DNA of 63,945 nucleotides, filler included, from a candidate division TA06 bacterium SM23_40 (GTDB taxonomy: Bacteria > LJUI01 > SM1-40), in the NCBI GenBank assembly GCA_001303705.1. It is 5 parts of 5 records of this genome, joined end to end, with 100 filler letters (N's around TTAATTAATTAA, not from the genome) between each part and the next. Parts side by side here need not be neighbours in the genome. Positions count along the whole stretch, not along the records: positions 44,928 to 52,820 come from LJUI01000157.1; positions 52,921 to 58,623 come from LJUI01000158.1; 3 more parts are not named here. One strand, written 5' to 3'. The position numbers and the translations under genes were made by a program. Positions 47,620 through 57,418 of the stretch are shown here, in pieces. A model generated the notes under the pieces. That model was given only the letters and a program-made list of their open reading frames with translations, had not been told where the DNA came from and searched no databases. Numbering within the stretch: the stretch's first letter is position 1; every line of letters starts with the position of its first letter.

Positions 47620-49971
47620 ATGGCGGCACCGACTGCTCCGCAGCCGACGAGTGTTCGCAGGACGCGCCAGCGGCGTGCGATGCGGAAGAGCAAGCGTCTT
47701 TCGATTGCCAACCGGGTGATTGACTTCTACCGCGCTGACAACGACGCGCGGAGCACGGATCTCGACCGCAGGCTCCAGCGCTATGCCAAGTTTCGTCAGT
47801 GGACGTCGGCGGATAGCGAGCCTTATCCCGGCTCAAGCAATCAGGCCCTGCCGGATATCACCTCTGCGGTGCTCCGCACGGAGGATACGCTCCACAACGC
47901 GGTGATGTCGAATCGGCCGGTTGCTGTCTCGCGTGCGATCCACAAGAGCGACGAGGAGAAGCAGCAGCTCATCGACGATCTCCATGACTTCCAGCTCTTC
48001 GTCGAGCAGAATGGCGAGCGGACGATCGAAGAGCTAATCGACCAGTACGTGAAGGAAGGAGTCTTCACGGCCTATGTCCCGTGGATCGAGGAGCATCGCG
48101 AGGTGGAGGGTCGGAGGACTTTTGAGCCGATACCGGAAGACGAGTTGCCGGTGGACTATTTCGAGACGCTGATTCGGCAGGAGTTTCCGTCGTCGAAGAT
48201 CTATCCGCCTCGTGAGGACGAGGATGGCTGGGACTGGACGATCGAGAATGAGGAGGGCAAAGAGGTCGAGATCTCCTTCTTCACGACGCCCGACGAGCTG
48301 GAAATGGTGACGAAGCAAAGTGTCGAGGTCTTCAACGGGCCCAGGATCTTCGTCAAGAGCTACAATCAAGTGGTCTATCCGCCGGGCGTCCACAACCTCC
48401 AGATCCCGAGCCCGAGCAATCCGGGCGGTGCGCCGCATGTGATCCTGTGGGACAAGCCGACGACTGACGAGATCGCGAGGCTTCAGAAGTCAGGCTACTA
48501 CGATCTCATCGGCACGGACGACGTGAAGGCGCTGGAGCAGCAGAGCGAGGACAAGCAGGACCAGGAGGAGCAGCGGCAGAAGACGATCATCCACGGGAAG
48601 GACGAGATCAAGCAGGAGAAGGAAAAGAAGCATCAGAGATTCACGCGGCTCGTCTGCTTCGATCTCTACGACCAGGACGGCGACGGGATCGCCGAGGACA
48701 TGATCTGGTGGGTGCTTCTCGAGCCGAAGCTCCTGCTGCGGGCTAAGCGGCTGACGGAGGTCTATCCCTTCACGCCGCCGCGGAGGCCCTTTGCGGAGGC
48801 GACCTTCCTGCCCGTGAAGGACATGCGGGAGGGGATCGGTCTGATCGAGCTGATGGAGCCGCTCCAAGACTTCAAGAAGGTGATCACCGACCTGATGGTC
48901 GACTCGGGCGCACTCGCCAACTCGCCCTTCTTCTTCTACCGCCCTGTCTCGGGAATCAACCCGGAGCGATTCCGACCCTGGCCTGGAGACGGCATCCCGG
49001 TCAACGATCCGAGAAACGATATCGTCTTCCCAGACCTCTCGAATAGCACCCAGGCATGGGCCATCAACCTGATGGCGCTGATCACGCAGATGGAGGAGAG
49101 GCTCAACGTGATCGGCGACCTCCAGCTTGGGCGCGTCCCGGCCGGGAAGTCCTCGGCACTCCGCACGGTGGGCGGCATCCAGACGATTCTCTCGCAGGGC
49201 GAGGCGCGGCCAGAGCGGATCTTGCGGCGCTTCTTCATGGGAGTGACGGAGATCATCCGGCAGATGCATGAGCTCAACCAGCGATTTCTGCCCGACCGGA
49301 AGATATTTCGCGTGCTGGGCCCCGTACTGCCGGACCAGGATCCCTACCGGGTGGTGGAGAGCGCCGGCCAGATCTCGGGCCGGTTCCGCTTCGACTTCGA
49401 TGCCAACGTGCTGAATGCCAGCAAGGCTGCACTCCAAGCGTCGCTCGAGACCCTGATCGGGGTCTACGTGAGCGATATCGCGATCCAGATGGGGATCTCG
49501 ACGCCCGAGACGATCTACAGGCTCTTCACGGACTACGGCCAAGCCGTGGGCCAGAAGCCGGCGCGCTATCTCGAGGCGCCCTCTCCGGTTGCGATGAAGC
49601 CGAGGTTGACGGCCGAGGAGGCCATCGTGCAGATCAGCTACGGGGCAACGGAGTTCGATTGGCTGCCTGCGGAGGGTGCTGAGCAGCACTTCCAGAAGCT
49701 CATCACCTTCGTCCAGGGCGATAAGGTGGGGCTCTTGCCGCAGGATGTGATACCCAATCTGAGGTCCTATCTGAGCCAGATCGGTCAGGCTGCGGCAAGC
49801 GAGCGGCAGCTTGCCGCGCAGGCGCAGGCCGCGGGACGGGTTGGGGGCCCGCTGGGCCCCGGCGGCCAGGGCCGGCAGCCGGTGCCGCCGGGCCCGCAGG
49901 AGCCCACCATGGTCGGTGAGGGTGAGCTTCTTCCAGAGGATCTGCCTACCAGCAGGGGGCTTGCGCCGTGA
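47620..49971 (+). CDS. phage portal protein (long, P22-like size) with Pro/Gln-rich tail
   Basis: 783 aa downstream of TerL; RPFAEATF.P....EGIGLIELMEPLQD..K.ITDLMVD..ALAN and RTVGGIQTIL segments are typical of portals; AAGGAG RBS. Confidence 0.8.
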   Translation: MAAPTAPQPTSVRRTRQRRAMRKSKRLSIANRVIDFYRADNDARSTDLDRRLQRYAKFRQWTSADSEPYPGSSNQALPDITSAVLRTEDTLHNAVMSNRPVAVSRAIHKSDEEKQQLIDDLHDFQLFVEQNGERTIEELIDQYVKEGVFTAYVPWIEEHREVEGRRTFEPIPEDELPVDYFETLIRQEFPSSKIYPPREDEDGWDWTIENEEGKEVEISFFTTPDELEMVTKQSVEVFNGPRIFVKSYNQVVYPPGVHNLQIPSPSNPGGAPHVILWDKPTTDEIARLQKSGYYDLIGTDDVKALEQQSEDKQDQEEQRQKTIIHGKDEIKQEKEKKHQRFTRLVCFDLYDQDGDGIAEDMIWWVLLEPKLLLRAKRLTEVYPFTPPRRPFAEATFLPVKDMREGIGLIELMEPLQDFKKVITDLMVDSGALANSPFFFYRPVSGINPERFRPWPGDGIPVNDPRNDIVFPDLSNSTQAWAINLMALITQMEERLNVIGDLQLGRVPAGKSSALRTVGGIQTILSQGEARPERILRRFFMGVTEIIRQMHELNQRFLPDRKIFRVLGPVLPDQDPYRVVESAGQISGRFRFDFDANVLNASKAALQASLETLIGVYVSDIAIQMGISTPETIYRLFTDYGQAVGQKPARYLEAPSPVAMKPRLTAEEAIVQISYGATEFDWLPAEGAEQHFQKLITFVQGDKVGLLPQDVIPNLRSYLSQIGQAAASERQLAAQAQAAGRVGGPLGPGGQGRQPVPPGPQEPTMVGEGELLPEDLPTSRGLAP

Positions 49972-50348
49972 GCTACTCCTACGAGACGTGGAATGAGGGT
50001 CAGAGGAAGCAGCTAAGGGGCCGGCTCGATGAGCGGCTCGGCGAGCTTCGGCTGGCTCAGCAGGCCGAGGTTGCGGCCAAGCTCTTGACCGAGGACTCCC
50101 ACTGGAATGCCTTCCTCCAGATCCTCCAGACCGAGATCAACTACTGTCGGGACCGGCTGCGGCAGATCGAGGAGCGGGTTTGCTCGGCTGCCGTGGTGAG
50201 CAGTGACGAGGTGCAGAGCCTCCGCATGGACGCGATCCGCCTCAGGACGATCGCAGAGACGCTCGAGCGGGTCTTGGAGCTTCCCACCAGCCTGAGGGAG
50301 AAGGGTGAAAAAGCGCGAGACATATTGCGTACTTACACGTCCGATTGA
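49968..50348 (+). CDS. hypothetical phage protein (helical, post-portal)
   Basis: GTGA-coupled to the portal gene; L.EDSHW..F..VLELP pattern. Confidence 0.7.
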   Translation: MSYSYETWNEGQRKQLRGRLDERLGELRLAQQAEVAAKLLTEDSHWNAFLQILQTEINYCRDRLRQIEERVCSAAVVSSDEVQSLRMDAIRLRTIAETLERVLELPTSLREKGEKARDILRTYTSD

Positions 50349-50514
50349 GCTTCGCTGCCCCTCCTGCGGGCGCTTTCTTCTCAGGTATCGCAGGAGCGTT
50401 GAGGAGTATCTGGAGGTCCGCTGTAGGCGGTGCAAATCGATGGTGATCGTGGATGGGGAGTCCGTGGAAGCCGTACCTTCTACGAGCCGGGACTTGACAA
50501 GACAGATGATCTAG
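50305..50514 (+). CDS. Com-like zinc-ribbon regulator
   Basis: ELRCPSCGRFLL....EVRCRRCK, the Mu Com-type CxxC..CxxC pattern. Confidence 0.65.
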   Translation: MKKRETYCVLTRPIELRCPSCGRFLLRYRRSVEEYLEVRCRRCKSMVIVDGESVEAVPSTSRDLTRQMI

Positions 50515-50558
50515 GTAAGACATAGGCTAGGAAGCCCAGTAAGCACAGCAGTGCGATT

Positions 50559-50590
50559 AGGGCGTCTCACAGGCGTGAGGCGCCTTTTTT
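50559..50590 (+). terminator. GC-rich hairpin plus U tract upstream of the scaffold-like gene
   Basis: AGGGCGTCTCAC-AGGC-GTGAGGCGCCTT followed by TTTT. Confidence 0.7.
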
Positions 50591-50611
50591 GCTGCAAGAT
50601 AGAGGACCTGT

Positions 50612-51137
50612 ATGCCGTCCGAGGAAGCCTCAGAGACTGGATCCGAGAGTCAGGAAGGTCAGAAGTCCGAGCAGGTGAACGTGCTCGCGGAAGGAGCTCG
50701 AGAGCCGGATCGAGAGGAAGGCGACCGAGCAGCAGGGGAGAGCGCAGATCGAGGCGAAGCTCAGTAGCGAGATCGACTCCTACAAGGAGAGGATCCCGGC
50801 GATCATGAAGGAGGGGTCCCGAGAGCGTGCGAGGCTCGCCAAGGAGTACGACTACTTGCGGAATCTCGGCCATGCGGAAGGCATGGCGACCGAGCTTGCG
50901 GCACTCCGCTCCTGCTTCGGGCCCGTGGATCGGATCAAGGAGACGACCAAGCCCCGTGCCGAGTCCCATCAGGAGACGGGCACGCCCGCGGGCGAGGTCG
51001 GTGAGCCCGAGAAGGGGCCCAAGATCTCGCCGCGCTTGAAGGCCCACTACGAGAAGATGATCGAGAAGAGGCACTTCACGGGCTGGGATGACCCCAAGCT
51101 CAAGAAGGAACTCGAGTACGCTCCGAGGCCATCGTGA
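50612..51137 (+). CDS. probable capsid scaffolding protein, split by a +1 frame break
   Basis: ATG 50612 after GAGGA gives acidic MPSEEASETGSESQEG.. (stop 50765-50767); the coiled-coil-like continuation SRKELESRIERKATEQQ..KKELEYAPRPS is in the +1 frame (open 50679-51137). Confidence 0.55.
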
Positions 51138-51538
51138 CGCAGATCATTCTCCCCAGCACGATCAAGCCTTCTGGGCTCTGGAAGAAGAGGGGAGAAGCGT
51201 TTCGCTTGAAGCTCGCACGCAAGCAGATTTGGAACCCGAATGGGCGGATTCCAAAGCTTCACGAGCATCCCGGTCGCCAGATTGGTAAGCCTGCCGGCAC
51301 CTACGTGCTCGATCTGGTTGAGCGCCGGAAGGCCATCATTCTTTGCTGGCGCTGTCAGCCTCACTTCAATCACAAGAGAGCCAACTACTACAAGGATATG
51401 CGCTTCTCGCATGTCGTCGGTCGCTGCGACGGCTGTCGCGAGTACATGAATCATCAGACCAAGCTGTATATCCACGAATCTTTTCTCGGGGAGCCTGGCG
51501 GCCAGACGTGGGCTGGTCAGGTTTGGACCCCGCTATAG
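51134..51538 (+). CDS. hypothetical phage protein with two CxxC motifs
   Basis: LCWRCQ..RCDGCRE; GTGA-coupled to the upstream gene. Confidence 0.65.
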   Translation: MTQIILPSTIKPSGLWKKRGEAFRLKLARKQIWNPNGRIPKLHEHPGRQIGKPAGTYVLDLVERRKAIILCWRCQPHFNHKRANYYKDMRFSHVVGRCDGCREYMNHQTKLYIHESFLGEPGGQTWAGQVWTPL

Positions 51539-51548
51539 GAGCTATGAG

Positions 51549-52271
51549 ATGGAGCTTGCATACATCCTTTCCGGTGGTGCCCCTGTCATCAAGAGGTACA
51601 TGGCGGGGACGACGATGTCGACTGCCGGAATCCCTCTGCTCGGTGCGGTCGACGCCGCGACGGACTTGGCAAGTGTTGAGCCGATGGCGGCTTCTACTGC
51701 CGTTAATCAGGGCAGTCAGGTGGGTTTACTGCTCGATACGTCTGGGACGGTTGCTGCGACTGGCGTCACAGACTCGGATGACTTGATGGTCTCGGTGATC
51801 ATCAATCCTGATGCTGTGCTTCGTGCTCGCATGAATAACGGTACCTCCTCCAATACGGCACTGGCGCTCACGTCTGCCACGGCGGCTGATACCACCGGGG
51901 CGACGATCACCGGGGCGACGACCTTTGACAATGGTGCAGTTTGGGGCTACTCGGGAAGCAATGTCGGTCAATTCCGGCGCTGTGACGATACGGCGGGGAG
52001 CCTATCGATCAACTTCACGAACGGCATTCTGACGACGGACGAGTATATCGCCATTCACGGCTTTCCGTGCTCGGTCGAGCTCACCAACTGGGAGTGCTAC
52101 GACCTGACGACCGATCTCACCCAGGTCATTGCTCAGACGGCGGTCACGGACATGGACGACTTCGCGACCGTCGATCTTGAGATGCGAGACATCAGTGATG
52201 ATGGTAGAAACAAGAGCTACTACCATCTCATCGCCAATAATCATCTGTTTGGCTCGTGCTCGATCGCGTAG
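51549..52271 (+). CDS. probable head decoration/cement protein
   Basis: Thr/Ala/Gly-rich beta-type protein immediately upstream of the major capsid gene; VSVIINPDAV motif; ends ANNHLFG. Confidence 0.6.
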   Translation: MELAYILSGGAPVIKRYMAGTTMSTAGIPLLGAVDAATDLASVEPMAASTAVNQGSQVGLLLDTSGTVAATGVTDSDDLMVSVIINPDAVLRARMNNGTSSNTALALTSATAADTTGATITGATTFDNGAVWGYSGSNVGQFRRCDDTAGSLSINFTNGILTTDEYIAIHGFPCSVELTNWECYDLTTDLTQVIAQTAVTDMDDFATVDLEMRDISDDGRNKSYYHLIANNHLFGSCSIA

Positions 52272-52293
52272 TGATCGGGTGGATAGGAGGCTA

Positions 52294-52820
52294 TGATGGC
52301 TGTACCGCACATCAGTGAGAACTTTGGAGACCTTCTGGACCCGAGATTCCAGAGGATCTTCGATGAGGAGTATAAGCAGCTCCAATCGATGATCCCAGAG
52401 CTCTATACCGACGTCCCGTCGAATGGCCGGAACAACATGATGTGGAGCGAGGTCGGCACGCTACCGGACTTCGATCAGTTTAGTGGCATGGTCGGATACC
52501 ACTCGCAGAATCAGGGCTACGACACGACGGCGACCTATCTGGAGTTCACCAACGGGATCCAGGTCGAGCGGAAGCTCTTTGACGACGACCAGTACAACGT
52601 GATCGATCAGAGGCCGAGAGCCCTTGCTGCATCAGCGGCGAGGACCCGTGAGAAGCACGGGGCAGCGCCATTCAACAACGCCTTCGCTGTGGATACGACC
52701 TTCTACAGCAACTCGGAGGCGGTGGCGCTGTGCTCCAACTCGCACACGACGACCTCTGGAGCCTCGACTGCGAACGGCTTCGACAATCTTGTGACGACGG
52801 CTCTCTCGGCTGTGGCACTC
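52294..52820 (+). CDS. major capsid protein, Mu gpT-like (3' partial)
   Basis: FGDLLDP..RIFDEEY, EFTNGIQVERKLFDDDQY..I..RPRALAASAART.E..A..FNNAF, ALCSNSH; AGGAGG RBS. Start is the ATGATG at about 52293-52296. Confidence 0.85.
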
Positions 52821-52920
52821 NNNNNNNNNNNNNNNNNNNNNNNNNNNNNNNNNNNNNNNNNNNNTTAATTAATTAANNNNNNNNNNNNNNNNNNNNNNNN
52901 NNNNNNNNNNNNNNNNNNNN
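52821..52920. other. artificial contig linker
   Basis: N run with TTAATTAATTAA. Confidence 0.99.
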
Positions 52921-53007
52921 CGGAGGCTGCGCCACGCCTCGCGGAGCCGCAGACTGAAGAACCACCTCACGTAGGGGCTCCCGTGAACTGAAGGGAGGGA
53001 GGAGTGT

Positions 53008-53262
53008 ATGCCGACCTATGACTATCGATGTGAGAAGTGCGGTTACCAGTTCGAGGAGTTTCAGTCGATCACGGAGAAACCCCTGAGCAGATGTCCCCAC
53101 TGCGGTGGACCGGTGCGGAGACTCATTGGAGCAGGAGCCGGATTCCTGTTCAAGGGCTCCGGCTTTTACGTCACCGATTATCGGAGCGATAGTTATAAGA
53201 AAGCGGAGAAGGCGGACAGAGGAGAATCGAAGGGGGAGAAGACCGAATCGAAGAGGGAGTGA
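53008..53262 (+). CDS. FmdB-family zinc-ribbon regulatory protein
   Basis: MPTYDYRCEKCGYQFE..CPHCGG.VRRLI..FKGSGFYVTDY. Confidence 0.92.
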   Translation: MPTYDYRCEKCGYQFEEFQSITEKPLSRCPHCGGPVRRLIGAGAGFLFKGSGFYVTDYRSDSYKKAEKADRGESKGEKTESKRE

Positions 53263-53305
53263 TGGGGCGGGTCGGGTGCCGAAGGGCTGTCGGTCCGGTG
53301 GACAA

Positions 53306-53339
53306 TGGGAGCAGGGGACGCTGCTCCCAATTTTGTTTT
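53306..53339 (+). terminator. intrinsic terminator
   Basis: TGGGAGCAG-GGGACG-CTGCTCCCA followed by ATTTTGTTTT. Confidence 0.65.
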
Positions 53340-53396
53340 GCCCTTTGCCCGCAGAAGAGAATGCGACGCACACAATGAGTTGGAGGTGTTGAACGA

Positions 53397-56036
53397 ATGA
53401 ACCTGGAGAAACTGACTATAAGAGCCCGGGAGGCCTTGGGTCGAGCCCAGCAGGTGGCCATGGACAATGGGCAGCAGGCCATAGAAGGTGTTCACCTTCT
53501 CAAAGCCCTCCTCGAGGACGCGGAGGGTGTCGTTCCCGCTGTTATCAAGAAACTGGGAGCCAGCTTTGACGCTGTGAGGGGTGAAACGGAGAAGGCACTG
53601 CAGAAGCTCCCCACGGTCACAGGAAGCGGTGAAGGGCAGGTCTACCTTTCGGGTGAGTTGAACACCATTCTCAATGGGGCTCTCACAGAGGCGAATCAGT
53701 TGAAGGACGAATACGTCAGCTCAGAGCACGTCCTCATCGCCATGGCTGAGACCCCGAGGAGTCCCGCTGGTGAGATTCTGCGGAGGAACGGCATTACGAA
53801 GGACGCTATCTACAAGGTTCTTCAGGAGATCCGGGGTCACCAGCGGGTGACAGGTCCCAGCCCTGAGGATACGTATCAGGCTCTGGCGCGATACAGTCGC
53901 GATCTGAACGATCTGGCCCGCCGCGGAAAACCCGATCCGGTCATCGGTCGCGACGAAGAGATACGACGGGTTTTGCAGGTCCTGGCTCGCCGGACGAAGA
54001 ACAATCCCGTCCTTATCGGCGACCCGGGTGTGGGAAAGACGGCCATTGTCGAGGGCATCGCCCACCGGATCGTCAACGGTGATGTGCCGGAGAATCTGAA
54101 GTCGAAGCGGATCGTTGCCCTCGACATCGGTGCGCTCGTTGCCGGGGCTAAGTTTCGGGGCGAATTCGAGGAGCGGCTCAAGGCCGTCCTCCGGGAAGTG
54201 ACTGAATCTGAAGGAGAGATCATACTCTTCATTGACGAGTTGCACACAGTGGTCGGGGCAGGAGCGGCGGAAGGCGCCGTCGATGCCTCGAACATGCTGA
54301 AGCCGGCCCTCGCTCGTGGGGAGCTGCGCTGCATCGGAGCGACCACCGTTGACGAATACCGAAAGCACATAGAGAAAGACAAGGCTCTCGAGAGGCGCTT
54401 TCAGCCGACTCTCGTTGGCGAACCGAGCGTCGATGACACTATCTCGATCCTGCGCGGGCTGAAGGAGAAGTACGAAGTTCACCACGGCGTCCGCATTCAG
54501 GACGCAGCCCTGGTCGATGCCGCCGTCCTCTCCCATCGGTACATCAGCGATCGGTTCCTCCCTGACAAGGCCATCGACCTCATCGACGAGGCAGCATCGA
54601 AACTCCGCATCGAGATAGACTCCCTGCCCGAGGAGCTCGATGAGGTGGAGCGGCGCATCAAACAACTGGAGATCGAGCAGGTGGCCCTGAAGAAGGAAAA
54701 GGACGAGGCATCCAGGGAGCGGCTCAAGAAAGTGAAAGAAGAGCTGGCCAACCTGAAGGAGACGAGCAGTCATCTGAAGGCTCATTGGCAGGCTGAGAAG
54801 CAGGCCATCACCCAGATTCGGGCCATCAAGGCCGACATCGATCAGATGAAAGTCGAAATGGAGAAGGTCGAGCGCGAGGGTGATCTGAGGAAAGCCGCCG
54901 AAATCCGCTACGGGAAACTGCCAGAACTCCAGAAGCGACTCGAAAGCGAAAACGCCAAGCTGGCCGAGCTGCAGAAGGACAATAAGATGCTCAAGGAGGA
55001 GGTGGATGAGGAGGACATTGCCGAGGTGGTCTCGCGTTGGACCGGCATTCCCGTGTCGAGGATGCTGGAAAGCGAAAAAGTGAAACTGCTGAGGATGGAA
55101 GAGCGGATTTCGCGGCGGGTCGTCGGCCAGAGGGAGGCGATCGCTGCCGTTGCCGACGCTATTCGCCGCTCCCGGGCAGGACTTGGCGATCCGAAGCAGC
55201 CTATTGGGTCTTTCATTTTCCTCGGGCCGACCGGCGTGGGCAAGACGGAGCTGGCCCGCGCGCTGGCGGAGTTCCTCTTCGACGACGAGAACGCCATGGT
55301 TCGCATCGACATGTCCGAATACATGGAGCGCCACGCCGTCTCACGCCTCATCGGTGCCCCGCCCGGATACGTCGGCTACGAGGAGGGGGGACAGCTCACC
55401 GAGGCGGTGCGCCGTCGGCCCTATTCGGTGATCTTACTCGATGAGATCGAGAAGGCGCATCCCGAGACGTTCAATATCCTCTTACAGATTCTGGACAATG
55501 GCCGGCTTACTGACAATAAAGGACACACAGTCAATTTCAAGAACACCATCTTGATCATGACCTCCAACATCGGTGCTCCCCTCATCATGGAAAAGTCGAT
55601 GGGAATCACTGAGAAGAATCGAGAGGAAGTCTACGAGGAGATTAAGAAGGACGTTCTGGCTCTCCTTCGGCAGGGTCTGCGGCCGGAGTTTCTCAACCGC
55701 ATCGATGAGATCCTTGTCTTTCATTCCCTGACGCGCGACGAGATCAGGGAGATCGTCAGGTTGCAGTTTCATCGCATCAAAACGGCCATGAGGGGCCAAG
55801 GGCTTGAGGTTGAGCTGACCGAGGCCGCCCAGGCGTATCTGGCCGATAGAGGATACGAACCGGCCTTCGGTGCTCGCCCCCTGAAGAGGGTGCTCCAGCG
55901 GGAGGTTGTCAATGAACTCGCCAAGGAGGTCCTTGAGGGAGCGTTCAGGAAGGGCGACCGGATTCGCATCGACTCCATCGATGGCAGCCTGACCTTCGAG
56001 CGATCGGAACCGGCCGAGGCAAAGGCCGTGGCGTGA
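53397..56036 (+). CDS. clpB: ATP-dependent chaperone ClpB
   Basis: Clp N-domain, two AAA modules ([16 protein letters not shown]), long coiled-coil middle domain, [20 protein letters not shown]. Confidence 0.97.
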   Translation: MNLEKLTIRAREALGRAQQVAMDNGQQAIEGVHLLKALLEDAEGVVPAVIKKLGASFDAVRGETEKALQKLPTVTGSGEGQVYLSGELNTILNGALTEANQLKDEYVSSEHVLIAMAETPRSPAGEILRRNGITKDAIYKVLQEIRGHQRVTGPSPEDTYQALARYSRDLNDLARRGKPDPVIGRDEEIRRVLQVLARRTKNNPVLIGDPGVGKTAIVEGIAHRIVNGDVPENLKSKRIVALDIGALVAGAKFRGEFEERLKAVLREVTESEGEIILFIDELHTVVGAGAAEGAVDASNMLKPALARGELRCIGATTVDEYRKHIEKDKALERRFQPTLVGEPSVDDTISILRGLKEKYEVHHGVRIQDAALVDAAVLSHRYISDRFLPDKAIDLIDEAASKLRIEIDSLPEELDEVERRIKQLEIEQVALKKEKDEASRERLKKVKEELANLKETSSHLKAHWQAEKQAITQIRAIKADIDQMKVEMEKVEREGDLRKAAEIRYGKLPELQKRLESENAKLAELQKDNKMLKEEVDEEDIAEVVSRWTGIPVSRMLESEKVKLLRMEERISRRVVGQREAIAAVADAIRRSRAGLGDPKQPIGSFIFLGPTGVGKTELARALAEFLFDDENAMVRIDMSEYMERHAVSRLIGAPPGYVGYEEGGQLTEAVRRRPYSVILLDEIEKAHPETFNILLQILDNGRLTDNKGHTVNFKNTILIMTSNIGAPLIMEKSMGITEKNREEVYEEIKKDVLALLRQGLRPEFLNRIDEILVFHSLTRDEIREIVRLQFHRIKTAMRGQGLEVELTEAAQAYLADRGYEPAFGARPLKRVLQREVVNELAKEVLEGAFRKGDRIRIDSIDGSLTFERSEPAEAKAVA

Positions 56037-56067
56037 AGTAGCAAGCCTTAAGAAGAGACAGAAGTGA

Positions 56068-56102
56068 AGCCGCTGTATCAGAAACAGTGCAGCGGCTCTT
56101 TT
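56068..56102 (+). terminator. intrinsic terminator after clpB
   Basis: AGCCGCTGTA..TGCAGCGGCT followed by CTTTT. Confidence 0.7.
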
Positions 56103-56250
56103 ATGGCGGAACGATAGAACGCATGTATCAGAAGAAGGCTGTCATTCCAGTCCAAGCAAAGCGGAATACCGGAATCCCATATTCATCAAGAGACAATCTT
56201 GCCGGATAGAAATACCCCCTTACGAAACAAGGGCTGGCACTGGATAAACC

Positions 56251-56315
56251 AAAAATGACAGGCACCTTTGAGACTCCTGCCTTCACTGTGGCCAAAAAGG
56301 TGTCAGGAACCTTTT
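56251..56315. repeat. REP-like short palindromes upstream of the RAYT gene
   Basis: AAAAGGT-GTCAGGA-ACCTTTT and a degenerate copy AAAAATGACAGGCACCTTT. Confidence 0.55.
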
Positions 56316-56428
56316 ATCGCGAGGGAACGGCAGTAATTGTACACAATGCGCTCAGAGGCGCACATTTGTCCCAAGACGCTTGTGGTGAATACAGACATTC
56401 CCAGACGTTTACACAGACGGATAGGATC

Positions 56429-57110
56429 GTGGGACGACCACAGCGAGCAGCAATGGGTGCCCTCGTCTATCATGTATTGAAGCGGACAAATGCACGCCTG
56501 CCGATCTTCGAGAAAGATGAAGAGTACGCAGCCTTCGAGCGCGTCGCGAGAGAGGGGCGGAAACGCTACGACGGGCGAATTCTCGCCTATTGCTTCATGC
56601 CACATCATTGGCACGTGGTGATGTGGCCGAAGGGGGGATGGAGATATGTCGCGCTTCACGGATTGGATCACCCTGACTCACACCCAGCGCTGGCACGCTC
56701 ATTAGGGCTCCGCTGGTTCAGGGCATCTTTACCAGGGGCGTCTCAAATCCTTTTCCATTCAGCAGGACCATCATTTTCTGACTGTGTGTCGCTGTGCAGA
56801 GCGCAATGCTTTGCGAGCGTTATTATTGCTCCTTGCATGGCAAATGCAACATAGATTGTTCTTCAGCGTGGGGCATCTTACCTGCAAAGAGCAATAGGAA
56901 GGCGTGACGAAGGGTGGCGTTAGTCAAGTCTTTGGAGATACCTGTGTGTGTGGGCACGAGGGACCGCTGCTTTCCGAGTGGCCGGTGCCGCGTTTCCGAG
57001 AATGGGTTGCTCACGTCAATCGGCCTCAAACCGAGGTGGAGGTCCAGGCTATTCAGCGCTGTATTCGGCGGAGCCGGCCGTTTGGCGGTGAGCAATGGAC
57101 CGTGAGGATA
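56429..57110 (+). pseudogene. REP-associated tyrosine transposase (RAYT, IS200/Y1 HUH family) pseudogene
   Basis: MGRPQR..VYHVLKR.NAR..IF..ILAYCFMPHHWH, then a frameshift near 56635-56640 to DGDMSRF..THTQRWHAH*GS.GSGHLYQGRLKS (TAG 56703-56705); C-terminal WPV.R..W...VN.PQTE.E...RSRPFG in a further frame. Confidence 0.85.
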
Positions 57111-57418
57111 GTCCCCGATTGCGGCTTTGGTACTCGGAATTATTGGAGTTGTCCACGTACCGATGGAGTTGGAGTAGTCGGATTTTCTTCGAGCTCTGCT
57201 GAAGCCTGGTCAGAAGAGTTGCATCTTCTCAATGATACATACATATTTACAGTGAGTGGGGCCAAGGCTCTGTGTCTGATGCATTCTCTGGGAGCATATT
57301 CTGAGAGCACGGAACAAAAGGACTGTGGGCGGGTCAAAAGAGTGCTTCATTCGCTCCTTGCGTCCGGTGGACAGAAGAATATGAGACGGAATTCAGCCTG
57401 TATTCTCTGGAGGAAGCT

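Larger units (their letters stand above)
44928..52820 (+). mobile_element. tailed phage/prophage DNA packaging and head module (whole contig)
   Basis: Co-oriented, tightly packed terminase, portal, scaffold-like, decoration-like and major capsid genes; no host genes on the contig. Confidence 0.9.

Noticed and set aside
53925-53945. ClpB reads GKPDPVIGR instead of the usual GKLDPVIGR
   Set aside because: A single substitution that may be a base-call error; the rest of the gene is intact.
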